From positions 608,001 to 672,000 of the forward strand of contig OZ244744.1 in the NCBI GenBank assembly GCA_965219455.1: a stretch of 64,000 nt of DNA, read 5' to 3'. This DNA is from Candidatus Latescibacterota bacterium. GTDB lineage: Bacteria; Latescibacterota; UBA2968; GCA-2709665. The translations under genes and the position numbers were made by a program. This document shows, in pieces, positions 48,587 through 57,226 of this stretch (position 1 is the first letter of the stretch; each line of letters opens with the position of its first letter). The notes beneath the pieces were generated by a model. The model was not told the DNA's origin. It ran no database searches and saw only the letters and a program-made list of their open reading frames with translations.

Positions 48587-50629
48587 TTACGGGCAGGCTG
48601 TCAATAGAAGAGGCGCCGAATGGCCCTTCGCGTGCTCAAGGAGCCGTTCGAGGGAACCGGTCTGAACCGTACCCTCGGCAAGGCGGTAGAGACGGCAAGG
48701 GGCGACCGGCGAAATGGCCGGAAACGTAAGGCCGCCGAGATCCGAAAGTTCGCCGCTGCCGGAGGTAATCAGGGCATGAAAAGAGGCCGGGCCGGTCAGG
48801 GTCCGAATCCTGGTCCCTGGCAGATCGATTCCTCCAGCAACCGGGCGGTCGATCGGCTCGTTAAAAAGCACCGTATTGAGGCACCGGAGTACGTGAAAAG
48901 CGGGACGTGGGTTGCAGGACGTGTCCAGAAGCCCGTGGGCCACGTCCAGGGTACGGTCAAGATCGATGAGGGGTTCGAAGTAGACGCGAGCGCCCGGAAG
49001 CAGGGCGGCGCAAAAGAGGGATTCTGCCGCCCCATTGGCATTCAACACGTCATCGCGGGCGGCGAGGGCCACGGCAAGGTCCACGCCTTTGACGTGGCTG
49101 AGGGCGCCGATGCCCAGGAGATCCTGAGCGGTTTTCCACGGGTCGGTCCCGTCAACACGGCAAAGGACCCGGTCGATGCAGACGTCCCGTCCGGTCATGT
49201 GGAGGTTCAGTTCAGGCAGTTCGCCGGGCAGATATCCGATTCGGGTACGGGGGTGCTGTTTGCCGGGACGGACCTCTCCCGGGAGGATGGGTGAAAGCGT
49301 GAAATGCGTGGAGGCCTCTTTGCCGCAGGCCGCGAGCGCTCGGGTGAGGTCGTCGGACGGCAGCAGGGTTCCGGGTATCCGGACTTCCCATGCGTCCACG
49401 ATATCCGCGTGTCGCCGGACGAACAGCAGAAGTTCCGCCGCGGAGGACACGGGCAGCATCGCCGTGAGCCGCGGACCCTCGTCGCGAAGAACTTTGAGCC
49501 GTTCCCGCTGATTGGAATCTTCGAGATCGGAGGCAGGGAATCGAACGGCGGTGGCGCCGAGTTCCACGGCGGCGAGCAATGGATAGTCGTTTCTCACGCG
49601 CTGCCGGACGATGCTGGGAAATGCGATCGGGATTTCGGTTCGAGGCGCGAGGGGATGCAGAAGGGTAAGGCCGAGGGCGGCGCGGGGAATGCCCGCCGAA
49701 GTCCGGGTGAGCAACCGTTTCGGGGCGCCGGGCGTATCTTCTTCCACGGCAAGCGCACCCCCGGTCCGGATAAAGTGCACGTCGGTCCTGTCGCCAAAAA
49801 CGCGGAACAGATAGAAGCCCAGTTTGGGCGCGTCGTCCCTGCCCTGCTCGGGCGGCGGCGGACCGGTGAACAGGTGGCTGAAGCCGGGGCGCGCGAAGGA
49901 AGTCGACGGCACGTTGAAGATTCGAGTCGACCCGACCCGGTTCAGGAACGCGAAGTGGACGTGCGCGGCGCAGACCGCTTCCACCCTGTACCTGCGGATC
50001 AGGTCGAGAATCCAACCCCGGTCGGGCTGGCCGATGTTGTCGTAGTTGCCCAGGTGCGGTTCGTCCGGACGTTCCAGGAAGGGCGGCAGGTGGAGAAAAA
50101 GAAACAGCCGTTTCCCTCGATGGGATTCGAGGTCGCGCTCCAACCATGCGCCCTGGGATCCGGATTCGGGCAGGCTGGTGTTGAGAATCTGCGAGTTGAT
50201 CACGATAAAGTGCCAGCCGTGGCGGTCGAAGCTGTACCAGGAAGGCCCGAAACGGGCATGATACCGTATCAGGGACTCCGCCGTGACGGGCCGGGTGGGC
50301 ATGGTCGGATCTGGTTTGTCGCCGACGTCGTGGTTGCCGGCGACGTGGAAAACCTCCGCTTCCAGATGCGCCATTTGCTCCCGCGCCTTGTCTATCGCCT
50401 CCTTGTGGCGCCGGGTCTCGGGGTATTCCTGGACCAGGTCGCCCATGTGCACGATGAAGTCCGCGCCCAGAGACGCCGCGAGCTTGAGCGCCGCGTCCGC
50501 TCTGGCGGTCTGCTTGCGGCGGGATTCGAATTCCAGCGCGCGGCCGCCCGGATCGAGCATGTAGTGGGTGTCCGCCAGAACCACGAATTCGAATTCGGCG
50601 GGCGCCATCATGGAACGATCGAGCATCAT
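48587..50629 (-). CDS. Calcineurin-like metallophosphoesterase with a large C-terminal extension
   Basis: DTH, GDLV, GNHD, HLP and AHVH. Confidence 0.82.
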   Translation of the reverse strand: MMLDRSMMAPAEFEFVVLADTHYMLDPGGRALEFESRRKQTARADAALKLAASLGADFIVHMGDLVQEYPETRRHKEAIDKAREQMAHLEAEVFHVAGNHDVGDKPDPTMPTRPVTAESLIRYHARFGPSWYSFDRHGWHFIVINSQILNTSLPESGSQGAWLERDLESHRGKRLFLFLHLPPFLERPDEPHLGNYDNIGQPDRGWILDLIRRYRVEAVCAAHVHFAFLNRVGSTRIFNVPSTSFARPGFSHLFTGPPPPEQGRDDAPKLGFYLFRVFGDRTDVHFIRTGGALAVEEDTPGAPKRLLTRTSAGIPRAALGLTLLHPLAPRTEIPIAFPSIVRQRVRNDYPLLAAVELGATAVRFPASDLEDSNQRERLKVLRDEGPRLTAMLPVSSAAELLLFVRRHADIVDAWEVRIPGTLLPSDDLTRALAACGKEASTHFTLSPILPGEVRPGKQHPRTRIGYLPGELPELNLHMTGRDVCIDRVLCRVDGTDPWKTAQDLLGIGALSHVKGVDLAVALAARDDVLNANGAAESLFCAALLPGARVYFEPLIDLDRTLDVAHGLLDTSCNPRPAFHVLRCLNTVLFNEPIDRPVAGGIDLPGTRIRTLTGPASFHALITSGSGELSDLGGLTFPAISPVAPCRLYRLAEGTVQTGSLERLLEHAKGHSAPLLLTACP

Positions 50630-50804
50630 AGGGAGATCGGAAAAATGGTGCTATGAATCCTGGATAGACCGATTCGGTCTTGCCGTATTTCGTACGCCTC
50701 GCGTGGACGGCCCAAAGATGGAATCAAACGGAAAAAACACCGACACGTTGCAACGGCAAGACTGGCTGTTAAAGACGATGCCGACTCATCTTTCCTGTAC
50801 CGGT

Positions 50805-52715
50805 TCAGTCCGATATCCGTTTCTCGCCCTTCGCTTCCGTCGCGTCCAGCGTTTCCCATGCTGCAATGCATTCTTCGATCCGGGTCTGGATCCGCTGGCG
50901 TTCCTCCGAGACCGACTGGAGGTGCTGCCAATCCGCCGCCCGGTCGTCAAGCGCAAGTTGTCCGTCCAGGCGTTCGAGTTCCGCCTCGAGGTCCAGGATT
51001 TCTTTTTCGATGGCCTGCAGGCGCCGCTTGCGCCCCTCCTGCGCCCGGCGGTCGGCCCTGTTCCGCTCATACACGGCCTTTTGTGAGGCCTTCTCCGGAG
51101 AGCGTTCGACGGGTCGGTCTTCCACCTCGGCGCGCTGACGTTGCCAGGCGTCGTAATTGCCCTCGATCAGTTCCCATCCGCCATTCCCGAGTACGAGCAA
51201 ACGGTCGACCATCAGATTGAGAAAGTAGCGATCGTGCGAGACGGCGATCATCGTGCCGCCGTAGGTCTTCAGGGCGTCTTCCAGGACATCTCTGGACGGG
51301 ATATCCAGATGATTGGTGGGTTCGTCCAGAACCAGTAGATTGGTTTCGGATCTCATCAATTTGGCCAGCGCCACCCTGCTTTTTTCCCCACCGCTGAGGC
51401 TGCCTGTTTTGCGCTCGACGTCGTCGCCCGAAAAGAGGAAGGCGCCCAGGACGCTTCGGATTTCTCCCACGGAGGCGTCGGGGGTGACCGCCCAGATTTC
51501 GTCCTGCAGCGTTCGGCCGGGGGTGAGTTCGTCCCGGTGCTGGTCGTAATAGCCCACGTTGATGTTCGAGCCGGTCTTGACGATTCCGCCATCGGGCGGG
51601 ACACGTCCGGTGAGCAGTTTGAGCAAGGTGGACTTGCCTGAACCGTTGGGTCCTATAATGCCCAGGCGGTCGCCGCGACGGACGAGCAGGTTCAGATCCC
51701 TGAATAGGACGTTCTCGCCGTAGGCTTTTGAAGTTTTCTCGAGTTCTGCAACCCGGTTCCCTCCCCTCGCGCCGGCCGTAAATCGCAACCTGAATTCCCT
51801 GTCGCTGCCAGGGCGTTCGAGCCTATCCAGTTTTCTCAGGGCTTTTCTGCGGCTCTGGGCCTGTTTTGTTTTCTGCCCGGCGATGTTCCGCCGAATATAG
51901 TCTTCCGTCTGTCGGATATGTTCCTGTTGCCGCTCGAAGGCCTTGTGCCGTCTTGCCAGGCGCTGTTGTTTTTCAGTGGTATAGAAGCTGTAATTGCCAA
52001 CGAACGCGTCCAGCGCGCCGTGTTCCAGTTCAACGATCCGATCGATGGTGCGGTCCAAAAAATACCGGTCGTGGGAGACGACGACGAACGCGCCGTCGAA
52101 TGCGGGCAGGAAACCTTCCAGCCATTCGATGGCCTGGAGGTCCAGGTGGTTGGTGGGTTCATCGAGCAGAAGCAGGTCGGGTTCGCGCGCGAGAAGGCGG
52201 GCAAGGGCGACGCGGTTCTTCTGACCCCCGCTGAGCAGTGAAACGCGGGTTTCGAAATCTGCGCCGGTGAAACCCAGCCCGTACAGGATGGCCTTTGCGC
52301 GGGCTTCAATCTCGTAGCCGTCCCGGGCTTCGTAGGCATGCTGCAGACGTCCATATGCTTCCAGGAGGGCGGGCTGCTCGTGGCTTGCGGTCAATCGATC
52401 TTCTAGTTCGATCAGGCGGCGTTGAAGTTCGAGCACGTCCGAGAACGCTTCCAGCACGGTTTCGAGTACGGCGGATCCATCCTCCAATTCCGGGTCCTGC
52501 GCCAGGTACCCGACGTTCAGATTCCGCCGGGTATGTACCCCACCCCCGTCCGGCCGCAGACGTCCTGTGATCAGGTGAAAAAGCGTCGTCTTTCCACAAC
52601 CGTTTCGGCCAACCAGCCCGATACGGTCGCCCGCTTCAATCTTCCACGTGAGATCGGCCAGCACCGTCTGGGCCCCGTAGGCCTTGTGGACGCTTTCGAG
52701 TTGAACCAGCGGCAT
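50805..52715 (-). CDS. ABC-F family ATPase
   Basis: Two NBDs (GRNGCGKTT, GPNGSGKST), LSGGQK/LSGGEK, DEPTNHLD twice, no TM segments, C-terminal coiled coil. Confidence 0.95.
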   Translation of the reverse strand: MPLVQLESVHKAYGAQTVLADLTWKIEAGDRIGLVGRNGCGKTTLFHLITGRLRPDGGGVHTRRNLNVGYLAQDPELEDGSAVLETVLEAFSDVLELQRRLIELEDRLTASHEQPALLEAYGRLQHAYEARDGYEIEARAKAILYGLGFTGADFETRVSLLSGGQKNRVALARLLAREPDLLLLDEPTNHLDLQAIEWLEGFLPAFDGAFVVVSHDRYFLDRTIDRIVELEHGALDAFVGNYSFYTTEKQQRLARRHKAFERQQEHIRQTEDYIRRNIAGQKTKQAQSRRKALRKLDRLERPGSDREFRLRFTAGARGGNRVAELEKTSKAYGENVLFRDLNLLVRRGDRLGIIGPNGSGKSTLLKLLTGRVPPDGGIVKTGSNINVGYYDQHRDELTPGRTLQDEIWAVTPDASVGEIRSVLGAFLFSGDDVERKTGSLSGGEKSRVALAKLMRSETNLLVLDEPTNHLDIPSRDVLEDALKTYGGTMIAVSHDRYFLNLMVDRLLVLGNGGWELIEGNYDAWQRQRAEVEDRPVERSPEKASQKAVYERNRADRRAQEGRKRRLQAIEKEILDLEAELERLDGQLALDDRAADWQHLQSVSEERQRIQTRIEECIAAWETLDATEAKGEKRISD

Positions 52716-52904
52716 CGTCGTTCAAACCGGTAAACAGGCTGATGGTTCTGATTGTGATGGATCGATTTACCGCATCCGTGGAAGTTCGGGATCGGTACCG
52801 CGATATAAAACGGATGCGGGCAATGCCAATGACGTGTCCCGGGGTGGAGATTCGGGAACGAGGCGGGCAGGAGACGGCGCGGAACGGGACACCAGGAGTG
52901 ACGT

Positions 52905-53720
52905 TCAGGCGACTTCAGGCCTCTGTTCGATGATCTCAACCTGGTCTTCGGGACTGTAGAAGTACGCGCCGGGGCGCCAGTCTCTGCCCAGATCCCCCAG
53001 CAGGCGGCGCTGTCTCGGTGTACATTTCGCCAGAACTTCCGTGCAGTGGCCGTTGAAGTCAAAGGTCCGGAAGCATTGCTGGCTATAACAGTAAATGAGT
53101 GTCTTCCGGGACCGTTTTGAGAGGTTGGGGGAAACGCCATGCCAGACGGCATGTGAAAAGACGGCCGCGTCTCCCGCTTCCGCGCAAAGCTGCACCGCGC
53201 CGGGCGTCTGGGCCGTTATGGCCAGGTCGCCCTCCGGGTAGGGTCGCAGATGGCTGCCGGGGAAGAGTGTGAAGTTGCCGCAGTCGGGTTTCTTGACGTC
53301 GGTGAGAAAGTACTGGATTTTGAGCTGAAGCGGCCAGCTTGTTTCGGTAACGCGAATATGGCGAAGTGCCTGGCCGCCGTCGGTGTGGATAAAACCTTTA
53401 TAGCCAGGATTCGGCGGACGCACAACGGCTTCGGCCATGCTGAGCTGGATATACGGGCCCATCAGTTCCAGAATAATGTCAAACGCGCCGGGATGGTCCA
53501 TAAGATGGATAAAAGCGTCGCCGTCCGGCAATACGTTTCTCCGGTCCAGGCCGGATTTCGGGTCGGCGTCGGCCTTGTTGAGGACAAAATTCCGATGCAG
53601 CCGGTCCACCTCCCGCCTCAGGTTTCCGGTTTCATCGGCTGAGAGGACACCCTTGAGCAGGATATACCCGTCTATCGCCCACTGCTGCTTCTGCTCCTCG
53701 GTCAATTTGCGCCGTTCCAT
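52905..53720 (-). CDS. Phytanoyl-CoA dioxygenase (PhyH) family protein
   Basis: DGYILLKGVL, HTD, PGSH and WHG...R. Confidence 0.88.
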   Translation of the reverse strand: MERRKLTEEQKQQWAIDGYILLKGVLSADETGNLRREVDRLHRNFVLNKADADPKSGLDRRNVLPDGDAFIHLMDHPGAFDIILELMGPYIQLSMAEAVVRPPNPGYKGFIHTDGGQALRHIRVTETSWPLQLKIQYFLTDVKKPDCGNFTLFPGSHLRPYPEGDLAITAQTPGAVQLCAEAGDAAVFSHAVWHGVSPNLSKRSRKTLIYCYSQQCFRTFDFNGHCTEVLAKCTPRQRRLLGDLGRDWRPGAYFYSPEDQVEIIEQRPEVA

Positions 53721-53801
53721 AAAGCGATCTCCAGTAATCGAACCGGACGCCGGAGCCGCCCCGTTCGGGGTTGGGCTTCAGGGCGACCAACCGACGCCGG
53801 A

Positions 53802-54620
53802 TCATGCGCTTGCCGAAAGCGACCGTTCCAGGTTGCAGCGAAGTTCGTTGGCGGCGTGCCGGGCAGCGTCCGCGAAGTCCCGCTCGGAAGAGGCGTAGAG
53901 CACGCTCCTGGACGCGTTGACAAGGAGCCCCCCGCCATTCCCGTCAACGCCGTACCGGATCACGGCGCCGGGGTCGCCCATCTGAGCGCCGACGCCGGGG
54001 ACCAGGATGGGAAGCCCTGGCGCGATGCTCCTGACCATGGCGAGTTCACGAACGTGAGTCGCGCCGACCACGAGGCCGCACGGGCCGGTGGCGGACCATT
54101 CAACCGCTTTTCTTGCAACGTGTTGATAGAAAGGTCCGTCCTGAGTGGAAAGCCGCTGGAAGTCTGCAGAGCCGGGGTTGGACGTCAAACACAGCAGAAA
54201 CGCGCAGCGGTCGCGGTAGTGGAGGAAGGGCGCCACGGCGTCTTTGCCCATCAGGGGGTTCACGGTGACCGCGTCGACGCCAAGCGTATCGTAAGCCATC
54301 TGTGCGTAACGGGCGGCGGAGTTGCCGATGTCCCCGGCTTTGAAATCGAGCAGAACGGGCGTCGCGTCGGGAATGGCGCGGATAACGTCCGCGAGGCTCT
54401 GCCATCCGGCCGCACCCAGCGCGCCGAAGAAGGCGAAGTTGGGTTTGTAGGCGCACACAAGGTCCTGCGTGGCGGAGACGATTTCCCTGAGAAAGGCCGA
54501 GACCGGGTTCGCGGTGCCCGTGAAATGCGCGGGCAGTCGTTTTGGATCGGGATCCAGGCCCACGCAGACCCGGCTGTTCCGGGTGTCGACGGCGTGGTGG
54601 AATTTCTCGAGAAAGCTCAC
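53802..54620 (-). CDS. pyrF: Orotidine-5'-phosphate decarboxylase (subfamily 2)
   Basis: CVGLDP, YKPN, DFKAGDIGNS, TSNPGS, VVGAT and PGVGAQ. Confidence 0.95.
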   Translation of the reverse strand: MSFLEKFHHAVDTRNSRVCVGLDPDPKRLPAHFTGTANPVSAFLREIVSATQDLVCAYKPNFAFFGALGAAGWQSLADVIRAIPDATPVLLDFKAGDIGNSAARYAQMAYDTLGVDAVTVNPLMGKDAVAPFLHYRDRCAFLLCLTSNPGSADFQRLSTQDGPFYQHVARKAVEWSATGPCGLVVGATHVRELAMVRSIAPGLPILVPGVGAQMGDPGAVIRYGVDGNGGGLLVNASRSVLYASSERDFADAARHAANELRCNLERSLSASA

Positions 54621-54650
54621 CCCTCGCTCCTGGAAGGGATTGGTATTCAA

Positions 54651-55058
54651 GCAAGCGGGCCTGTAAGCCGAGTTCTGTCGTCCGGCGCAGTGCGCCCGAC
54701 GGATGGCCATTTATCTGGGACGCCGGTTGCCCGGCGCCTCTACGCAGCCTACCCGAGCGTAATATTGAGACGGGCCGCCTCTTCGCTCCTATTTGGCCTT
54801 GCTCCGGATGGGGTTTACCGTGCCGCTCCCGTCTCCGGGAGCGCGGTGGGCTCTTACCCCACCGTTTCACCCTTGCCCGCAACGAAACCGTAGTTTCGCC
54901 CGCTGGCGGTCTGTTCTCTGTGGCACTTTCCTTCGGGTTGCCCCGCCTGGGAGTTACCCAGCATCCTGCCCTGTGGAGCTCGGACTTTCCTCACCCATAA
55001 CAGCCCGGATGGACTCTTTCAACGGGCTGTTATGGGCGCGGCCATCCGGCCCGCTTAC
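54651..55058 (-). ncRNA. rnpB: RNase P RNA, bacterial type A
   Basis: Minus strand GAGGAAAGTCC, AGTGCCACAG, GGGTGAAACGG, GGTAAACCCC...GAGCAAG and ACAGAACTCGGCTTA; complementary P1 ends. Confidence 0.96.
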
Positions 55059-55090
55059 CTGAATTGTGGAACCGTGAACCGCTCATCGGC

Positions 55091-55513
55091 TCACGATTTG
55101 GGTTTTAAAGCAGTTGATATTCCAAGATTGGCCAGGCGGTCGGCGTGTTGATTCTCCGTACGCAAGACGTGGCGGATCCGGAAGAGGTCAAACGACCCGG
55201 CAATTTCACGGGCGCTTTGATACAACGGCAACAGCTTCTCGTTCTTTACTTTGTATTGGCCGTTCATCTGCCGGACGATCAATTCGCTGTCTGAAATGGC
55301 GTTGACACGCGTCTTACCCAGTTTCCGGACGATCTCCAACCCCTTGATCAGGGCCTTGTATTCCGCAACGTTGTTGGTGGCATTGCCGAGAAAACCGGAA
55401 TATTCCTCAATTACCTCGCCTTCGCATTCAACCCGGACGCCGATGCCGGCAGGGCCGGGGTTTCCCTTTGCCGCACCGTCGACGTAGAGCGTGATGACGC
55501 CCGTGCCGGCCAC
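55091..55513 (-). CDS. rnhA: Ribonuclease HI family protein
   Basis: DGAAKGNPG, TNNVAEY, DSELI and RTENQHADRLAN. Confidence 0.9.
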   Translation of the reverse strand: MAGTGVITLYVDGAAKGNPGPAGIGVRVECEGEVIEEYSGFLGNATNNVAEYKALIKGLEIVRKLGKTRVNAISDSELIVRQMNGQYKVKNEKLLPLYQSAREIAGSFDLFRIRHVLRTENQHADRLANLGISTALKPKS

Positions 55514-55514
55514 G

Positions 55515-56228
55515 TCAGGCTTCTTCCCGCCACACCAGGATCCGGCCGCAGTTCTCGCAGCGAATGATCCGGTCCTGGCGCCTGACTTCCATGCGCCGCT
55601 GTGGCGGTAACTGCCTGAAACAACCGCCGCAGGAACCCTTTCCGATTGGCACCACGGCGACGCCGTCCCTTACCACGCGACGGATGCGGTTGTAGTTGGA
55701 CAGGGCCGGCCTTTCCACCAGTTCTTCCGCAACCGAACGCTGTTTCCGCCAGCCGCTGGCCTCGCCATCCACCAGATCCAGTCGGCTTTGCAGGTCCTGA
55801 ATCTGACCGAGATAATCGGCTTTCAGCGCCTTGTATGCGCTTTCTTCTTCTTCCAGCATTGTCTTCAGGTCATCGTGTTGCTCGATCCCCTCGAGGATGA
55901 TGGTCTCGTTCTCGTCGGCCCGGTTTCCGAGGACTTCGATTTCTATCTGGAGCGCATCGTATTCCCGATTGGTCTTGACTTCGTAGAGACGATCCTGGTG
56001 TTTTTTCAGATCCGCCTGAATGGTCTCCAGTTCACCCTCCAGGTGACGCCGTGTTTTATCCAGATCAATCGCCTGCTGCTTCTTGTCGTCCACCGCCTGT
56101 TTCGCCGTTTCCAGCTTTTTGCGAAGTTCCGCAATTGCTTCAGGGTAATCTGCCTGTACCCTATTGAGTTTATCCAATTCCGTATCGATGCGTTGCAGGT
56201 TCAAAAGCTTAAACAGGCTTTCTTTCAT
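55515..56228 (-). CDS. C4 zinc-ribbon coiled-coil protein (COG1579)
   Basis: LQRID, long coiled coil, CGGC...CENCGRIL. Confidence 0.9.
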   Translation of the reverse strand: MKESLFKLLNLQRIDTELDKLNRVQADYPEAIAELRKKLETAKQAVDDKKQQAIDLDKTRRHLEGELETIQADLKKHQDRLYEVKTNREYDALQIEIEVLGNRADENETIILEGIEQHDDLKTMLEEEESAYKALKADYLGQIQDLQSRLDLVDGEASGWRKQRSVAEELVERPALSNYNRIRRVVRDGVAVVPIGKGSCGGCFRQLPPQRRMEVRRQDRIIRCENCGRILVWREEA

Positions 56229-56340
56229 ACACGATCTCCAAAAAAAGAAGGGCGCATCCGTTTAATGAATGCACCCCGACGATTGCCGGCCGTCCCGCTC
56301 CGCTCGCGAACAGGCCCAGGCCACCTTGCTTTTCGGATCA

Positions 56341-56417
56341 TGGTGGGCGATACTGGACTCGAACCAGTGACCTCTGGTATGTGAAACCAGCGCTCTAACC
56401 AGCTGAGCTAATCGCCC
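56341..56417 (-). tRNA. tRNA-Val(CAC)
   Basis: gggcgattagctcag...ctggt-ttCACat-accag...ggttcgagtcc...cgcccacca. Confidence 0.96.
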
Positions 56418-56603
56418 ACCTGAATTATTCAGACGGCTCACGTAACGCGTGTTCCTTAATTATTGCGCCAGTCGAAATCGTTGTTTAAACGACGGGACAA
56501 CAGTGGTTTTAAGCCTTCTGAATAAACAAAACTCAACTGGAAATGTCAAGCGTATTCCAGTTCGGAACACCACGCCCCTTTCCCCGCATTCGCAATGATT
56601 AAC

Positions 56604-56632
56604 TTGACAGCGAAATAGGATTTCTATAAATT
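56604..56632 (+). promoter_or_regulatory. Sigma70 promoter of tRNA-Glu
   Basis: TTGACA-17 nt-TAAATT, about 20 nt before the tRNA. Confidence 0.65.
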
Positions 56633-56650
56633 TCGGACCTTGATTCGGGT

Positions 56651-56725
56651 GACCCCGTCGTTCAGAGGTTAGGACACCGGGTTTTCATCCCGGCAACGGG
56701 GGTTCGATTCCCCTCGGGGTCACCA
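56651..56725 (+). tRNA. tRNA-Glu(TTC)
   Basis: gaccccg...ccggg-ttTTCat-cccgg...ggttcgattcc...cggggtcacca. Confidence 0.96.
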
Positions 56726-57226
56726 GTTTTATAGAATATTCCAATTAAAAATAACATGTTGCATTCCGAATCAGCCCGCCCTTCCCTTCATCCCGCCTCT
56801 ATTCTCCAGAAACAACCGACACCTGTCTATAGGCGCTTCCGGGTTGTCATGGCGAATCCGCTCCGATACGGCTGCCGATGGCCATACCCAACTTCGTCCT
56901 GACTCACGTCGGGTACCAAAGTGATAAGCCGAATTCGGCTCGACAAATACCAAGAAACTGGCTCGCCCATTCAGGAACGCCTATCTTTCGCCACCTGAGA
57001 ACAATAGGGGCGATCATTGGCGTCGACCGTTGCGCCTTAATTGTGGTGATCTCGCCATTTTGGGCTTCTGAGTTCACGTGAACTCAATACTCCGCAGCCC
57101 CTTGAAGGCCCCTTCCACACATCCTGGATTGTCCAATACCAGTCCCGCGTAGGTTTCAAAGACGACATCTTTGTTGACGAATCAACCAAACCTCGGCTGG
57201 ATCCCGGTCACTGCTCGAGACTCGTA

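Noticed and set aside
50677-50762. 10-bp inverted repeat gtcttgccgt/acggcaagac upstream of the phosphoesterase
   Set aside because: Single occurrence and no recognisable riboswitch or IS signature.
53856-55062. ORFs overlapping 54650-55060 and the N-terminal extension of pyrF
   Set aside because: They are translations of rnpB or antisense to pyrF.
56771-57081. Small ORFs as RiPP precursors for the ABC exporters
   Set aside because: No RBS, no leader/core pattern and no modification enzymes nearby.
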